DNA of 64,000 nucleotides from Squalus acanthias (GCA_030390025.1 CM059432.1:128962001-129026000); one strand, 5' to 3'; counted from the stretch's first letter, positions 11,670-25,280 are shown. Numbers and translations are program-made. Notes: generated by a model not told the origin, from the sequence alone.

Positions 11670-13405
11670 CACTAAGTTAGGAGGCACAGTAAGTTGTGCA
11701 GATGGGAGGAGGAAGTTTCAAATACATAGACAGACTAGGCGAGTGGGCCAAACTGTGGCCGATGGAGTTCAATGTAGGGAAATGTGAAGTTATCCAGTTT
11801 GGATCTGAAAAAGACAAAGCAGAATACTTTCTTATTGGTAAGAGACTAGGGGGGAAAAATTCGGTTGTTTTGCACCTCCCGTTAGCGCCCTAAGAGGGCG
11901 CTAATGGGGCACAAAGCAACTAGCACCCGGGCGCGGTGATGTTTGCGACGCTCGCAAAATTGACCAGACATTTTGCGGTGGCACTAAACACTACTGCCAC
12001 AATCTCCTGCGCCCACAGATCGTGACGTCAGTCGAGTGTGCAACGTCCCGGTAGCGCCCCGGACTGGATATTGAGTGGCGCCCCCTGCCTTTCCGCCTGC
12101 CACTAGCAACGACAGGTTGAGGGGAGCATTTTGCAGTCGGGAAGGGACTGGGGGAGCGCTATTTAAAGGTGACCTTTTTGCACCACGCATTCTGAGAGAG
12201 AGAGCGACTTCTGGAGAGATTCAACGCTGTGTGAAGGAGTTTTGGGTACTGAGCAGCACTTTGCAGGTTCATTTTGATTTGACCTTCCTTGCATCGATTT
12301 AGAAGAGACTGTGGGGGTTGCACTCTGAGCTCTTTCCCTGGTTCTCTCCATTGTTCTTTCCGGCAGATTTGATGTACAGGTCTCTTCAGGCCAAGATTCA
12401 AGGCTGCAATGAGCAGGGTTTGGCTGGAGAGCAAGATCGACCCTCCCCTTTAAAAACTGGCCGGTGCCAGTGTGTCTGTGTTCTATTGCTGACTGACATC
12501 ACATGAGCTTCACCAGCGCTCTGAGGTAGCGCCTCACTTCTCGGCGTTAGCGCCTTAAGAGAGGTGTGTAGCGCCTGATTTAGCGCTCCAATCACCTCCA
12601 GGGGCGATAGAGCCAAGTTTGCAGTTGGAGGCGATAATTAGCACCAGGCGCTAAACTTTGCGCCCGGCTGATAATTGCGCCCCAAACGGGGCGATGCTGA
12701 ATTTCTCCCCCTAGGAACTGTGGATGAGCAAAGAGATTTGGGTGTCAATGTGCACAGATCACGAAAAGCTAGTTGACAGGTACAAAAAGTAATCAAAAAG
12801 GCCAATGGAATGTTGGCCTTTATCTCAAGGGGGTTGGAATTCAAATGTGAGGAAGTGATGCTTCAGTTGTACAGACCCCATCTGAAATATTTGTTCAGTT
12901 TAGGACACTGCACCTTAGGAAGGATATATTGTCCTTGGAGGGGGTACAGCGCGGATTCACCAAAATTATACCAGGACATAAAAGGGTTAAATTACGTGGG
13001 CAAGCGGCATAAACTTGGTTTGTTTTATCTTGATTTTACAAGGTTGAGAGGTTATCTAATATTTAAAATGATCCGATAGGGTAAATACTGAGAAATTATT
13101 TCCTTTGGTGGGGTAATCCAGAATAAGGGGGCATAATCTTAAAATTAGAGCAAGGCCATTTAGGAGTGAAATCAGGAAGCACTTTTTCATGCAAAGGGTA
13201 GTGGAAATCTGGAATTCTCCCCCCTGCAAAAGGCTTTAGATGCTGGGTCAATACCGAGGTCGATAAATTTTTGTTAGGTCAGGGTATCAAGGGATATAGA
13301 GCAAAGGCTGGTAAATAGAGTTAAGCTACAGATCAGCCATGATCTAATAGAATGTCGGAAGAGGCGTGAGGGGTTGAATGACCAACTCCTGTTCCTATGA
13401 TCCTA
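11670..13405 (+). mobile_element. CR1 3' fragment split by MITE A copy 2
   Basis: DRLGEWAKLWPMEFNVGKCEV and LAFISRGLEFK; the sequence resumes exactly after the TAG TSD. Confidence 0.85.
11850..12711 (-). mobile_element. MITE family A, copy 2
   Basis: Reverse complement of the 1474-2367 family; TSD TAG. Confidence 0.92.
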
Positions 13406-14048
13406 AGGCAATGGCACACTAGCACAGATACCACATGTAGAAGCACAATGGCACATCACATTAAAGACAGAATACATTTCAATAAAGACACGGTACATCG
13501 CCGTAATCTTCGCAGTCATAGTTTATGTTTTCCAGATAAGCAGCAGTAATAATGAAAAGATGCTCAACAAAAGACAATGAAGAACAACCAATGAAACATA
13601 AAGGCATATTTCATAAAAAGAATGCCTCAATCATAGCCAGTTGAACAAATATTCCTGCCTGCATTGGTTGTTTATTTTCTTCTCTGCTCCACGTTGAGGC
13701 TCTGTCAATCCAGCCTGCAGCCTTAACATCATATTTCTAACAGGCGTCTTGAACACAGTGTGGGTTTGAGGACAACCAATGGGCAAATCTGCACATTTTC
13801 TTTTAATTGGTGTTTAACAAGCACTTAATAAATCAAAATAATGCCCATTAATGTTGACTTTGTGCGTTACCGTGAGCTAATCCAGATTACTACCAGAGGA
13901 GATTCAGGAATGTGGGCAAAAAAATGGGTTGATGCTCCACTAATGCCAGCGTGGTAATGCATATCTAACGTATGCTTTGGTTCTAATGTACAGAGGAATC
14001 TCATCCCTATGTAGAAAATGAGGAGGAACTGTGAGCACCATAAACATT

Positions 14049-14673
14049 GGGCCAGAATTTGCGGTCGGAGGCGTACCTCAGGAGTACGCCTCCGACCCGA
14101 TAAAAAAATCCGCACCTACCCGCTGGCTCCCGGGCTTTGGAGACTTCGGGTCCTGGGCCTGCCGGCGTACGCCTGCGCAAAGACCCACGGATCCCAGGGA
14201 CGCAGGCGGTTCAGAAGCGTCCCTGGGATCATGTGGGCCAGGTCATCCAATCAGAAAGGAGGATACCTCATGCTTATGGGGATTCCATTTACGAACGGAA
14301 TCCCCATTAGCAAATCCCCAAATAATTAACAATTTACACAACTGGAATAAAAAGAAATGTTCCCATTTTCAAATTGAATTAAAAGTCCCTTTAATGAAGC
14401 ATTTACAATAAAAATTTAATTTTTTTGAAAAATAATTGTAAACATTTTAATCTGGGCCAAAATTTATATAAACTATTTTAAATGTTTGTGTATGATTTTT
14501 TATTTTTTTATTTTTAATTTTACCAGGTGTAAGGGTTTCGTGGGCATTTGCTGGGCAGTAGTTGGGCAAATAGCCCAACTCTGTGCGAGCGAAAGTGATT
14601 TTTGGGTTGGTGTGGATGATCTGTCAAAGCAAACCTTTGCGTACGCCGTCATGGGGAACGGAAAATCCGGGCC
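14049..14673. mobile_element. Harbinger-type MITE (family B-related)
   Basis: Ends GGGCCAGAATTT / GAAAATCCGGGCC; TSD ATT; left arm resembles 6355-6560 and the reverse complement of 42170-42365. Confidence 0.75.
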
Positions 14674-16094
14674 ATTGTGCTACCATCAATGGCAAAACTG
14701 TGCTAACATTTCAGGAGATTTTCTCCTTCCATCTTCCACATGCCAGGAGAGTGTATTGGCAAACTGCACAACACTAGCCTATGATTTTCCACAATGAATT
14801 GAAGGAAAATCATGGATTGGGGGTGTGCAATTTCACAAAATGCTCTCCCAGCATGTGATTCTACGCAAAATAGCCTAGGTATTGAACAAAGGGTACTGCT
14901 GCTTCAAACCACAATGCTTTGGTAAAATCGTTAACATTAATGGAGCATTAGGGCCCACTCTCCTAAAGTTCCTCTGGGGAGTGATCTGTCTTGGTGATTG
15001 ATGAGTTTCCCATCTGCCAAATAATTCTCTAATTATAAATTTCCTGAATTGATTTTAAATTTGATTTCAAACCCTGCAGAAAGTAGTTTCCCCATAGATG
15101 TGAACCCATAATAGGACTATTAATTTATTGGTGCAAATCTACATTTGTGCTCCACTGTGGTCTGTTCTTTTGATTCCTACTAATGCTGACCTTCCAACCA
15201 AGTGCTGACCCCAGACTACTTGTAATGAAGCGACTCGGTCGCATGTTGGAATCCATGTGTGAAAATAAAGGCACCAATGAGAAATGTTTAGTTGCTTTTG
15301 TGTATTAGAATTGCCTCAAGCTTCATTTTTGCTGTCGTAGAAGCCATCAAAGGCTACACACAACTTCTGACACTAGCCTTTTCTTTTAATAGTGATCCTA
15401 ACATCACGCTCCTGGCCCTGATCCAATTACCTTTTTTTTCTCTGATTTTAGAATAACTATTTAGGATTCAGGTTGTCTGGTAATTTGCCAATATTTAAGC
15501 AACCTCTTTATCATTCTATTAAATCCATTTTATCCTCTGGTTGTTCAAGATTAGCTCCAGTCGCTAAATAAGATGGGCTAACTTCTATCTACATTTAAAT
15601 CTCCTTGTCTCTGCCTCAAACAATATTGTAATTTGCTGCTTTAGCTTAGCACCAGGCATGATCCATGGTAAATTGGCTTAATCATCATGTCAAAAGGCAA
15701 GCGTCTGTATCCTATTTTACCACTAATTAATTGTTGTATTCTAATTGTCTGGAATGAGGTTCCATGAGGTTAAGTGAATGGCTTTAAGCAATAAAATCTA
15801 TTACTAGCGCAAATGGGGAAGAAGGGGAACACTTTATCTATTTTTAGATAAAAGATTGACTCCGTGAGTAAAAGCATCAAGCTGAGCATGTCATTGTAGT
15901 ACACTGCTTGGGGATCGAGGCATCCTTTTGTTTGTATCGGCTGTGGGATAGCTCATTAATCCTCTTTATTAGCTACCACCTACTCTGCACTTTTTACCAC
16001 TAATGCACACACATACAAAACACCAAAGAGGAATGACACTCTTGAAACAAAAAAACATACAAAGTAGATATGCAGCAGAACAATGAACCGGCTG

Positions 16095-17220
16095 TAGTGC
16101 TGAAGATTTGTGCACCGGCGGCAGTTGCTCCCTTGGCCAAGTTGTTCCTTTGTCGCTATAACACTGGCATCCACCCAACAACGTGGATGATTGCTCAGGT
16201 ATGTCCTACCCACAAAAAACAGGATAAATCTAACTCACCTAAATGACAACCTCCTCCCAAACATCAGTGAAAAGATGGAAGGAGTTATCAATAATGCCTT
16301 AAGGTGACACTTACTCACTGATAAACTGCTCACCGACACTCAGTTTCGATTTTGCCAGAACCAGTCAGCTCCAGACCCATCAGAGCCTTATTCCAGACAT
16401 GGACATGAGCTGAATGACAGGGGAGAGGGGAGAATAACTGCCCTCAACATCAAGGCAGCCTACGACTGAGTATGGCATCAAGGAGCCCTAGCCAAACTTA
16501 GGTCAATGGAGGTCAAAAGGAAAACACTCCAGTGGCTGAAGCCATACCTGACACAAAGGAGCATAGGTGTGCTTGTTGGAGGCCAATCATTGCAGCCTAA
16601 GGACAACACTGCAGGATTTCCCCAGGGAAGCATCAGCTACCCAATCATCTTCAGCTGCTTCATCAATGACCTTCCCTCCATCATAAGGTCAGGAGCGGGA
16701 CTGACGATTTAGCAGTGTTCAGCTCCATTCACAACTCCTCCGCTAATGAAGAAGCCCATGCCTGACTACAGCAGATCTGGATAACATCCAGACTTGGGTT
16801 GATGATGACAACAGCAACAACAACTTGCCTTTAATGTAGAGATGGGTAAATTCTACAGGTAACGTTTGCGCCACTTAAGTACCAGGTAATGACCATCTCA
16901 AACAAGAGAAAGCCCAACCATCTTCCTCTGACTTTCACGGCACCACCATTGTTCAGGTCCCCACCATCAACTTCTTGGGGTTAAAACTGGAACAACTATA
17001 ATCAACAATGTGGCTCGAAGAGCAGGAAAGAGGCTGGGTACTCCGTGATGAGTGACTCATTCCCTGACCACTCAAAGTCTATCCACCATCTACAAGGCTC
17101 AAGTCAGGAGTGTTATGGAATGCACATGACTCACCTGGATGACTGCAGCCGCAACAACATTCAAGAAGCTTGACAACATCAAAATACAGCAGTACTTCCC
17201 CCAGGGCGCCTGACTGCTCC
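16095..17220 (+). mobile_element. CR1/L2-group LINE RT fragment (second family)
   Basis: GFPQGSI...IFSCFINDLPSII; degenerate. Confidence 0.8.
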
Positions 17221-17271
17221 AATCCTGCTCATCTTTAAAATCGCCCCTATATTCTGGTAAGTTCCCCTGGC

Positions 17272-17597
17272 TGGGGAGTCTAGAACCAGGGGTCACAGTC
17301 TCAGAATAAGGGGTCGGCCATTTAGGACTGAGATGAGGAGAAATTTCTTCACTCAGAGGGTGGTGAATCTTTGGAATTCTCTGCCCCAGAGGGCTGTGGA
17401 GACTCAGTCGTTGAGTATATTCAAGACAGAGGTCGATAGATTTTTGAATATTAAGGGAATTAAGGGATATGGGGATAGTGCAGGAAAGTGGAGTTGAGGT
17501 AGAAGATCAGCCATGATCTTGTTGAATGGCAGAGCAGGCTCGAAGGGCCAAATGGCCTACTCCTGCTCCTATTTCTTATGTTCTTACGTTCTTATGT
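17272..17597 (+). mobile_element. CR1 3' end
   Basis: AGAACCAGGGGTCACAGT...TTCTTCACTCAGAGGGTGGTG and TTCTTATG tail. Confidence 0.85.
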
Positions 17598-19454
17598 TAT
17601 TAACCATTAACAAATTCCATATTCATCTGGAGCAGTGGCGGGCAAAATACAGCCCGCCAACGGATTCAATCCGACCCGCCAAGGCCTGGCTTTGAGGCCG
17701 AACGTCCACCGCACCTGACCCCTAGCCTGATCCCGCCCCACGGGATGTCAGGGGGTGGGTCATTGTCTCTGAGGCAGCAGGGGAATCATAACCGAAAACA
17801 GAGGCGGACAAATCAGATCTGCCGTTCGCTGCATCAATGTGTCATTATCACACCAAAACCTCAGTTTCTGCTCCATCACTGCAACGTGAAAGGTGAGTTA
17901 CTCACGGTTTGTGGGTTCAGTTTCCATAAATCTGTGCAAACTTTCCAGATAAACTTTCCATTACAACAGTGACTATACTTCAAAAAAAAATTACTTAATT
18001 GGCTGTAAAGCACTTTGAGACGTACGGGGTCGTGAAAGGCGCTATATAAATGCAAGTCTTTCTTTCTTCTTATAAATGCACGATAACATAGATACTTTAA
18101 ATATATAAAATAACACCATGACTCGGAATTGACACAATCCAATCGATTGGAAGATTGATTACTTAGAACTTTTTAAAAAACTTGCAGCGAGTTTTTAGTC
18201 TCAACTCATCTCTGAAGGAATTTTAGCGACTAATTCAAAATTAGCCCTGGGCTTGATTTCATTCCAGTGATTTTTAAAATGCTATTTATGTTTATGCAAT
18301 TGGGTGAAAGGTGTTGTCTGAATTCCGCGAGGGTGCTGCCAGTCTCCCAGTGTAACTCTGGCGCAGACCCAGTCACATCGGGTCCCTGCCGTTTCTAGGA
18401 GTTTCCTCAATAAAGAGCGGGGGAGCTTCTAGCCCAGTGGTGGGCAAAATACGGACTGGAGCTGGTGATCCACCCGGATCAGACCTGCGCCGTACCCGGC
18501 AGGAAGATCTCTGACAGCCTCGCGCTACTCAGGGATACGATCATCTATGTGCGAGACAGGAGGGTGGACACCTGCTTAATCAGCTTGGACCAGGAGAAGG
18601 CTTTCGACAGAATATCGCACACGTACATGATGGACGTGCTCTCCAAAATGGAGTTTGGGGATAGAATCCGCAATTGGATCCAACTGCTCTACGCAGACAT
18701 CAGCAGCGCATTTCTAATCAACAGGTGGGAATCGGAAAGCTTTCCGATCAAATCTGGAGTCAGGCAAGGCTGTCCTCTTTCCTCTGTCTTGGTTGTGTGT
18801 TGTATTGAACCTTTTGCCGAGTTCATCAGGAAGGATGTGGGCATAAGAGGGGTGACGATCCCAGGCAGTGGAGGTTCTCAGGTCAAGGCCTCCCTGTACA
18901 TGGATGACGTCGCCGTCTTTTGCTCGATCCGCTGTCAGTCCGCAGATTGCTGAGCATCTGCGACCAGTTTGAACTGGCCTCGGGGGCCAGAGTAAATCGC
19001 AGCAAAAGCGAGGCCATGTTCTTTGGGAACTGGGCTGACCGATCCTTTGACCCTCCACCGTCAGGTCAGACTACCTGAAAGTGCTGGGAATATGGTTTGG
19101 AGGGGCTGGGGCATGCACCAAGAACTGGGAGGAGCGTATCACCAAGGTGAGAATGTGGGAGCGATGCTCCCTATCGATTGCGGACAAGAACCTGGTCATC
19201 AGGTGCGAGGTGCTGTCGGTGCTGCTGTACGTGGCGCAGGTCTGGCCCATACCCAGCGCCTGCGCCGCGACAGTCACCCGAGTCATCTTCCACTTTATCT
19301 GGAGATTGAAAATGGACCGTGTCCGCAGGGACACGATGTACAAATCTCCAGATAAAAGGGGAAAGAATGTACCCAACGTCACCCTCATCCTGATGGCCAC
19401 CTTTGTGTGCGGCTGCATCAAGCTGTGCATAGACACTCGGTACGCAAACACTAA

Positions 19455-20121
19455 GGGCCGGATTTTGATACTGGGGCGGGCTGGGGTTGTGTCATCCACT
19501 TTTCGTGTTATCCACCCGACTGCAATTGGATGTGGGAGATTGATGCGATTTTCACCTAATTGGGCAATTGAGTTCCAGCATGTGGGAACCCATGAACCAA
19601 TTAGTGTTTTCAGTCTGAAAGTCACCTCTGATGATGTCATCATTGCTGCTGCCTTCAAGGTCTGCAAAGACTGCCTGGCCTTTGCTGTGAGAGGACCTGG
19701 AGGCAAAATGAGCAGCAGCCCTAAGTCTGCTCCCAGATACTACACCACCGCCGCCGCCGCCGCCGCCGCCACCGCCACCACAATAGTGAACCTCCTGCAG
19801 CTGATAGTCAGCTATCGAAATGTGCTCCCGCCAGGTTTCACATTCGTGGTTCAGAACAGGCGTGCTTCACGTAGAAAAAGGGTTAAAATCACAAAAGCCT
19901 TTCAAAATGGCATTATAGAGGCAATTTAGTGCTTGTTAAGGGCCTTAACAGCCTATCCCGCCTCTTAGACGCGGGACGGAGTCGGGACCAGCAGACACGA
20001 TTTAATGAAAATTGCGTGGAGGTGGAATGGAGGCGGGCTTGTGCCCGCCCGCCAGTTTTCACAATTTTAACCCCCCACACGCCTCCAAACCCGCCTCCAT
20101 GGGTCAATGAAAATTCTGCCC
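19455..20121. mobile_element. Harbinger-type MITE (family C)
   Basis: Ends GGGCCGGATTTT / AAAATTCTGCCC; TSD TAA; Tx1 reading (YANTK|CHYVLR) resumes across it; internal (GCC)n. Confidence 0.88.
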
Positions 20122-20974
20122 TAAGTGTCACTACGTGCTGAGGTCCTATCTGGCCCCGGTGTTGCGAAGGATGGGTCTGGCCATGCTGCCGTGGAACACT
20201 CCATTCAGTCGGACCATGCCGGACCACCTGTCCTTCATGGAAAGGTTTGTGCAGGAAAACATCTTTGACCACAAGGCCATGAAGTAGTGGTCTGCACGTA
20301 ACGTCCTCGAGGCCCTACGGGAAAAGGAGATGGCGGATCCTGTCGGATGGTTCCCCAAGCAGACTGTCGAAGTCATTTGGCAGAATGCCTCATCGCCAGA
20401 ACTTTCAAACAAGCACCAAGATGTAGCTTGGCTGGTGGTGAGAAGGGCCCTTCCCATCAGATCCTTCATGCGCACCCGGCGTCTCAGCACCACTGCACGC
20501 TGTCCTCGAGGCGACTGCAGTAGCGAAGAGAAGGTCTGGAAAGAGAAGCAGTGGTTTTTATTGAGGTACATCTCGAGCAGCTCTGTGACACAGGACTCTG
20601 TGCTCTACAGACTGTTCCCAGGGACGCACACCGAGACAAACGTCAACTGCTGCTGGAAGACCATCGACTCGGTGAAAGACGCCCTTTGGTCTGTCTGAAA
20701 CTTTCTGGTCTTCCAGTGCAAGGAGTTGCCCACGACCCAGTGTTGCAGACTGGCACATTCCAAGGTCCAGGACTACGTGCTGAGGGACGCACTAAAGTTT
20801 GGTGCAGCCACCACAAAGGCTCAATGGGGAAAGGCCACAGTTTAAGGCCCTCCGGCCATTGCACACCGAGGGGCTAAATCTAGTGTAAAACCCCTCGGGC
20901 TGTAAGTCTTAGTGATTATGTTGATTACAATGTAAATGTACATGTAATCTGTACTGCAAATGGAATGAAGCACC

Positions 20975-21560
20975 CTAGAGTGGAAGTTATGATGAACCTG
21001 TATAAAACACCGGTTCAGCCTCAACTGGAGTTTTGTGTCCAATTCTGGGCACTGCTCTTTAGGAAGGATGTGAAGGCCTTAGAGAGGGTGCAGAAAAGAT
21101 TTACGAGAATGATTCCAGGGATGAGGGACTTCAGTTACGTGGATAGACTGGAGAAGCTGGGGTTGTTCTCCTTAAAGCAGAGAAGGTTGAGAGGAGATTT
21201 GATAGAGGTGTTCAAAATCATGAGGGATCTAGACAGAGTAGATGGAGAGAAACTGTTTCCAATGGTAGAAGGATCGAGAACCAGAGAACACAGATTTTAG
21301 GTGATTGGCAGAAGAACCAAAGGCGACATGAGGAAAAACTTTTTTACTCAGCGAGTGGTTAGGATCTGGAATGCACTGCCTGAAATGGTGGTGGAGGCAG
21401 AAACAATCGTGGCTTTCAAAATTTGATAAGTACATGAAATAAATTTTTTTGCAGGGCTACGGGGAAAGGGCAGGGGAGTGGGACTAGCTGAATTGCTCTT
21501 GCAGAGAGCCAGCATGGGCTCGACGGGCCGAATGGCCTCCTCCTGTGCTGTAACTACTCT
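20975..21560 (+). mobile_element. CR1 3' fragment
   Basis: LYKTPVQPQLEFCVQFW...LERVQKRFTRMIPGM...LRGDLIEVFKIM. Confidence 0.88.
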
Positions 21561-21779
21561 AGGATTTTATGAGTGCCATGTATTGTATTCAACCTATATT
21601 GGGCGATGTGGAATGTGATATTTGGATGGCACTGCAATGTATCTTCACAAATTTTAAAAATAGAGTATATTTTTGAAAAAAAAAATGCGGCTTGCCAGTT
21701 CATTGTATCCAGCTCGCTGGACGGGACAGAAATAGAACGCAAGCTGAAGCTGGAGCTGCACATTAGTCTGAGTCGAGTC

Positions 21780-21909
21780 ATGACTACTCATCTTGATGAC
21801 TCTTTTACCACTGCATCTTTCCTCTCCCGGTACCCAGAGTACGACGGCAGGGGGGGTTCTCATCGTTGTCTTAGACACGGGAGTGGATCCCGGAGCACAA
21901 GGACTCCAG
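21780..21909 (+). pseudogene. TPP2: Decayed copy of tripeptidyl-peptidase II exon 1
   Basis: MTTHLDDSFTTASFLSRYPEYDGRG, then one extra G in a G7 run, then VLIVVLDTGVDPGAQGLQ and a GT donor. Matches the recalled vertebrate TPP2 N-terminus (ASFLCRYPEYDGRGVLIAVLDTGVDPGAPGMQ) but lacks the HGLLPKKETG block. Confidence 0.85.
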
Positions 21910-24318
21910 GTAATGGCACACGATTGTAATTCAGGCCTTGTGAAGCCTTGAGCTCCTGTACTCAGCACACTAAAAAGAGAACACCTCACATCGGAGGCCC
22001 CATAGATTCGAGCCACTCTGCTGAACAACCACGTAGACTTTCAGTACAACATATAATCAATCGATCAATCATTTAGTAATGGAAGATTTTACTATTTTAC
22101 ACTAAATTTTGTGTATTTAAGATAGTATCTGACTACTATCTGAATTTATGTTTATAAATTACTGGGAGGGTAGAAGTGGGAGTGATGGTCAACACTGTGA
22201 GTTGGCCTGTTTCAAATTTACCAATTTAACACTTTGCTCTCACTAATGTGCACGGTCCCTTTAAATTCGTTGGGCGGTATCTCTTCCAGCAGCAGGAGCT
22301 GGTGAGCGGCCTGCGCGGGACCTCGCCATTGGTGCCCAAATGTGTGGCCAAATAATTGCCCACCCCTGATCGAGAGTGATACGTGAAGTGTACCAATATA
22401 TGTAAAGAGATGGGCGTCACTGTAGGCTTGACACCACATCTTTTTGGACTGGGCATTTTCAGTGATTGAAGAGACACATCATTCAAAAGAATGCAAAGCC
22501 TTTGATTTGGAAGGTGGAAAAACTGGTGGACCAATGTTTGGGTGGCGAACTCAGCAGAGCTCAACCCCGAGCCGTTTTACACCCACACTTGCCTACTGGT
22601 GCACCCATTTTCAGATAGGTGGGGACCACAATATTCAGCCCCATATATCCACTACCCTGGGTGGGGGTGGTGGGGCGGGGGGAGCGGGCGGTGTGAGGGA
22701 ACTTTTTATTCTTTTGAGGCTTGTTAATTTTATATTGCAAGACATTGCTGTCAACATCTTTGAAATTGTGTCTTTGTTATTAAGGACGTGTACACTTTGA
22801 TAGCACTATGATACCCTTCGTATTAATGTAGTGGCCCTCATTCATTTTTTCAAAAGTGTTGAACTCTGGCCAATTCCAATCTTCCTCAGTTCAAATGCTA
22901 TCTGGGACTGCGTTCTGCAGCTAAACAAATGGTTTTAAACCAGTCAACTCATACTAATTTTGTGTCCTCAAAAAATCTCGGCTATTGATTGTGTTGTGTT
23001 GAACAGTGTGCGCGTATAGCTGAAATTCTAAGGAAAGTTTTGAAAATGCCTGAAACACATGAGTGATTTCCTGAAGAAAATAAACTGATTGATTTTTTTT
23101 TTAAACTAAAACAAAACACAATTGACCATTGTAAATGGATATCATATTTGTATAAAATGCGGGATTAGATAATAAAGATATAAGATGCTTAACTGTGATG
23201 GGAAGTGACATGTGTGAGAGTCTGCTACAAACTGGACCTTCTTCTAAAATTCCATTTTAATCTGTTTCCAAAAACATCTCAAATAAATGAAATGTCAATT
23301 ACTGCCACCTGTTCAGCTCTTTCTCTATAAAAGACTGTCTAAACTGCAGATTGGGAGGCCTTGTCAAAACATCCAGCCCCTTTAACCCAATTTTAATAAC
23401 CTTCATTGAAGATTGCCAGTGACTTCTCCCATGTGAAAACACCATTAAGCCCTAAAGTACTGGAATTACAAAACTGTTCCCTGCTAGCTTAAGTGTGTAT
23501 CCAGCAGACTTCAAATATTTGGAAGTGTTTCTTAAAGAGCAGGAGCTATTGAAGTGCTTAAATACAAAACCTGTGTTTACATATATTGTATCTTAACGCT
23601 GGGCTATCACCTTGGATTTACCCACCAGTGATTTTGTTTTCTTCATCAGTTAAGACTATCAAATAAAGCCTTATTAACCTCCTTGACATCTCAGCCTATA
23701 AACCCTTTTAATACTAAACATATGTATAGCAGTACAGTTAAATCCTGATAAAGGCTTAACATTTTAAGCGTGGAGCAGAGTTATTCTGGGTTCAGAATTA
23801 TGCTAGGGAATCAGAACTTGTAAATTCCTATAGGATTGTATAGATAAGAGAGAATTAAATGGATGGAGGAATGGACGGACGGAGGTCTAAAATACAGTAG
23901 TTATTTTCAATACAGAATCTGTCTCTGTTTTAACCTTTCTGGTCTTACTCTATTTTATCAATACTACCATGGTAATTACTCCTCTGAACAGTCCTCTCTT
24001 GTCACTCCCAAACTCCGAATATACCATCCTACACATTCTAACATCCTCTCTGCTTCTTTGCTGTGTTGAAATCAAGACTTATCACACCACCTCCTGCTCC
24101 CGTGTATTCTTTCCCAAGATCTGGAAACTGGGAAGTTCCTTCCATTTTGGTCTTCCACCAAGTTTGGTGTCACTCTAACCACTGCTTTTTTTTTCTCGAT
24201 TTAGCTCATTTTCTCTCCCACAGTTATCAACAATACAACAGCAACAGAGCAGATACTCTCATCTAACAGAAGGCTCAGGTAAGATTCTGTTCAAATACCT
24301 TTCGAGTTAAAACATCGA

Positions 24319-24406
24319 GGCCTAGAAATTAATCTCGGGCGGTGGCACACAACAGGCGGTATTAGTTCGGCGTTGTGCTTCTCTGCCCGAGACGAATTTC
24401 TAGGCC
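24319..24406. mobile_element. 88-bp mini-MITE (hairpin)
   Basis: GGCCTAGAAATT..TCTCGGGC / GCCCGAGA..AATTTCTAGGCC; flanks CGA/CAA. Confidence 0.7.
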
Positions 24407-25095
24407 CAAATATATAGCATAATATAGCTAGAATGTTACAGATCCCATTGTGTGCTTAATAATAAGCAGCTATCATGCACTAATAGTTAATACAAGGAAG
24501 TCATATAATACCTTGTAAACCCAAGTAAACATTTTTTTTAAACTTAAATAACAATGTTTTAAAATTGGAAAATAAAAATTCATATTTTACATTACTCACC
24601 GACCACTGCATCTTTGTACATTTCAATGGCGGTGCATCATTTTTCTAACACATTAAACTGGTAGTCAACCTGCAAAAAATACATGTGCATCTGATTATAT
24701 TAGTCTTGTCAAAATCATCACACTGGTTGTTTGGTCTGCTCTTCCAGCTAAAAAATTGTTTTTTTATATTTCCCCATCTATGCCTCAGTGATATTTTTTG
24801 CACATAATCTCTCAGTGGGTGAGTGAGCTGTCTTGTGTAGGGTAATGGGAAGCTCTTTGCACAGGTTATAGGAAGCTCCATCTTACAGCTTGCAGCATTG
24901 TGGTATTTAAATTGACTGCAATGATAATTTTTTTGATGAACATATTGATTGTACAATCCATTGAGAACTTTATTTCATGCTCATCTGCTTGTCTGTGCAT
25001 TATCTCTCATTCGTTGGGAGTGGGGAGAGTTGGAAGTTTTAAGACTTGCCAAAATTGTATTTATTTCTGGGATTTCAGCCAGACAGAATACAGTT

Positions 25096-25280
25096 ACATA
25101 AGAACATAAGAAATAGGAGCAGGAGTAGGCCATTTGGCCCCTCGAGCCTGCTCCGCCATTCAATAAGATCATGGCTGATCTTCTACCTCAACTCCACTTT
25201 CCTGCACTATCCCCATATCCCTTGATTCCCTTAATATCCAAAAATCTATCGATCTCTGTCTTGAATATACTCAACTGACT
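25096..25280 (-). mobile_element. CR1 3' end
   Basis: Reverse complement of the 17400-17590 tail (CATAAGAA repeats). Confidence 0.85.

Larger units (their letters stand above)
18453..21685 (+). mobile_element. Tx1/L1-group LINE, 5'-truncated and frameshifted, with nested MITE (19455-20121) and CR1 (about 20975-21560)
   Basis: IHPDQTCAVPGR, LDQEKAFDR, SGVRQGCPLS and YMDDV RT motifs; C-terminal zf-RVT-like segment (WLVVRRALP...CPR..C); A-tract at about 21676-21685. Confidence 0.85.

Noticed and set aside
19081..19929. 282-aa ORF as a novel protein
   Set aside because: Chance read-through from Tx1 ORF2 into the inserted MITE.
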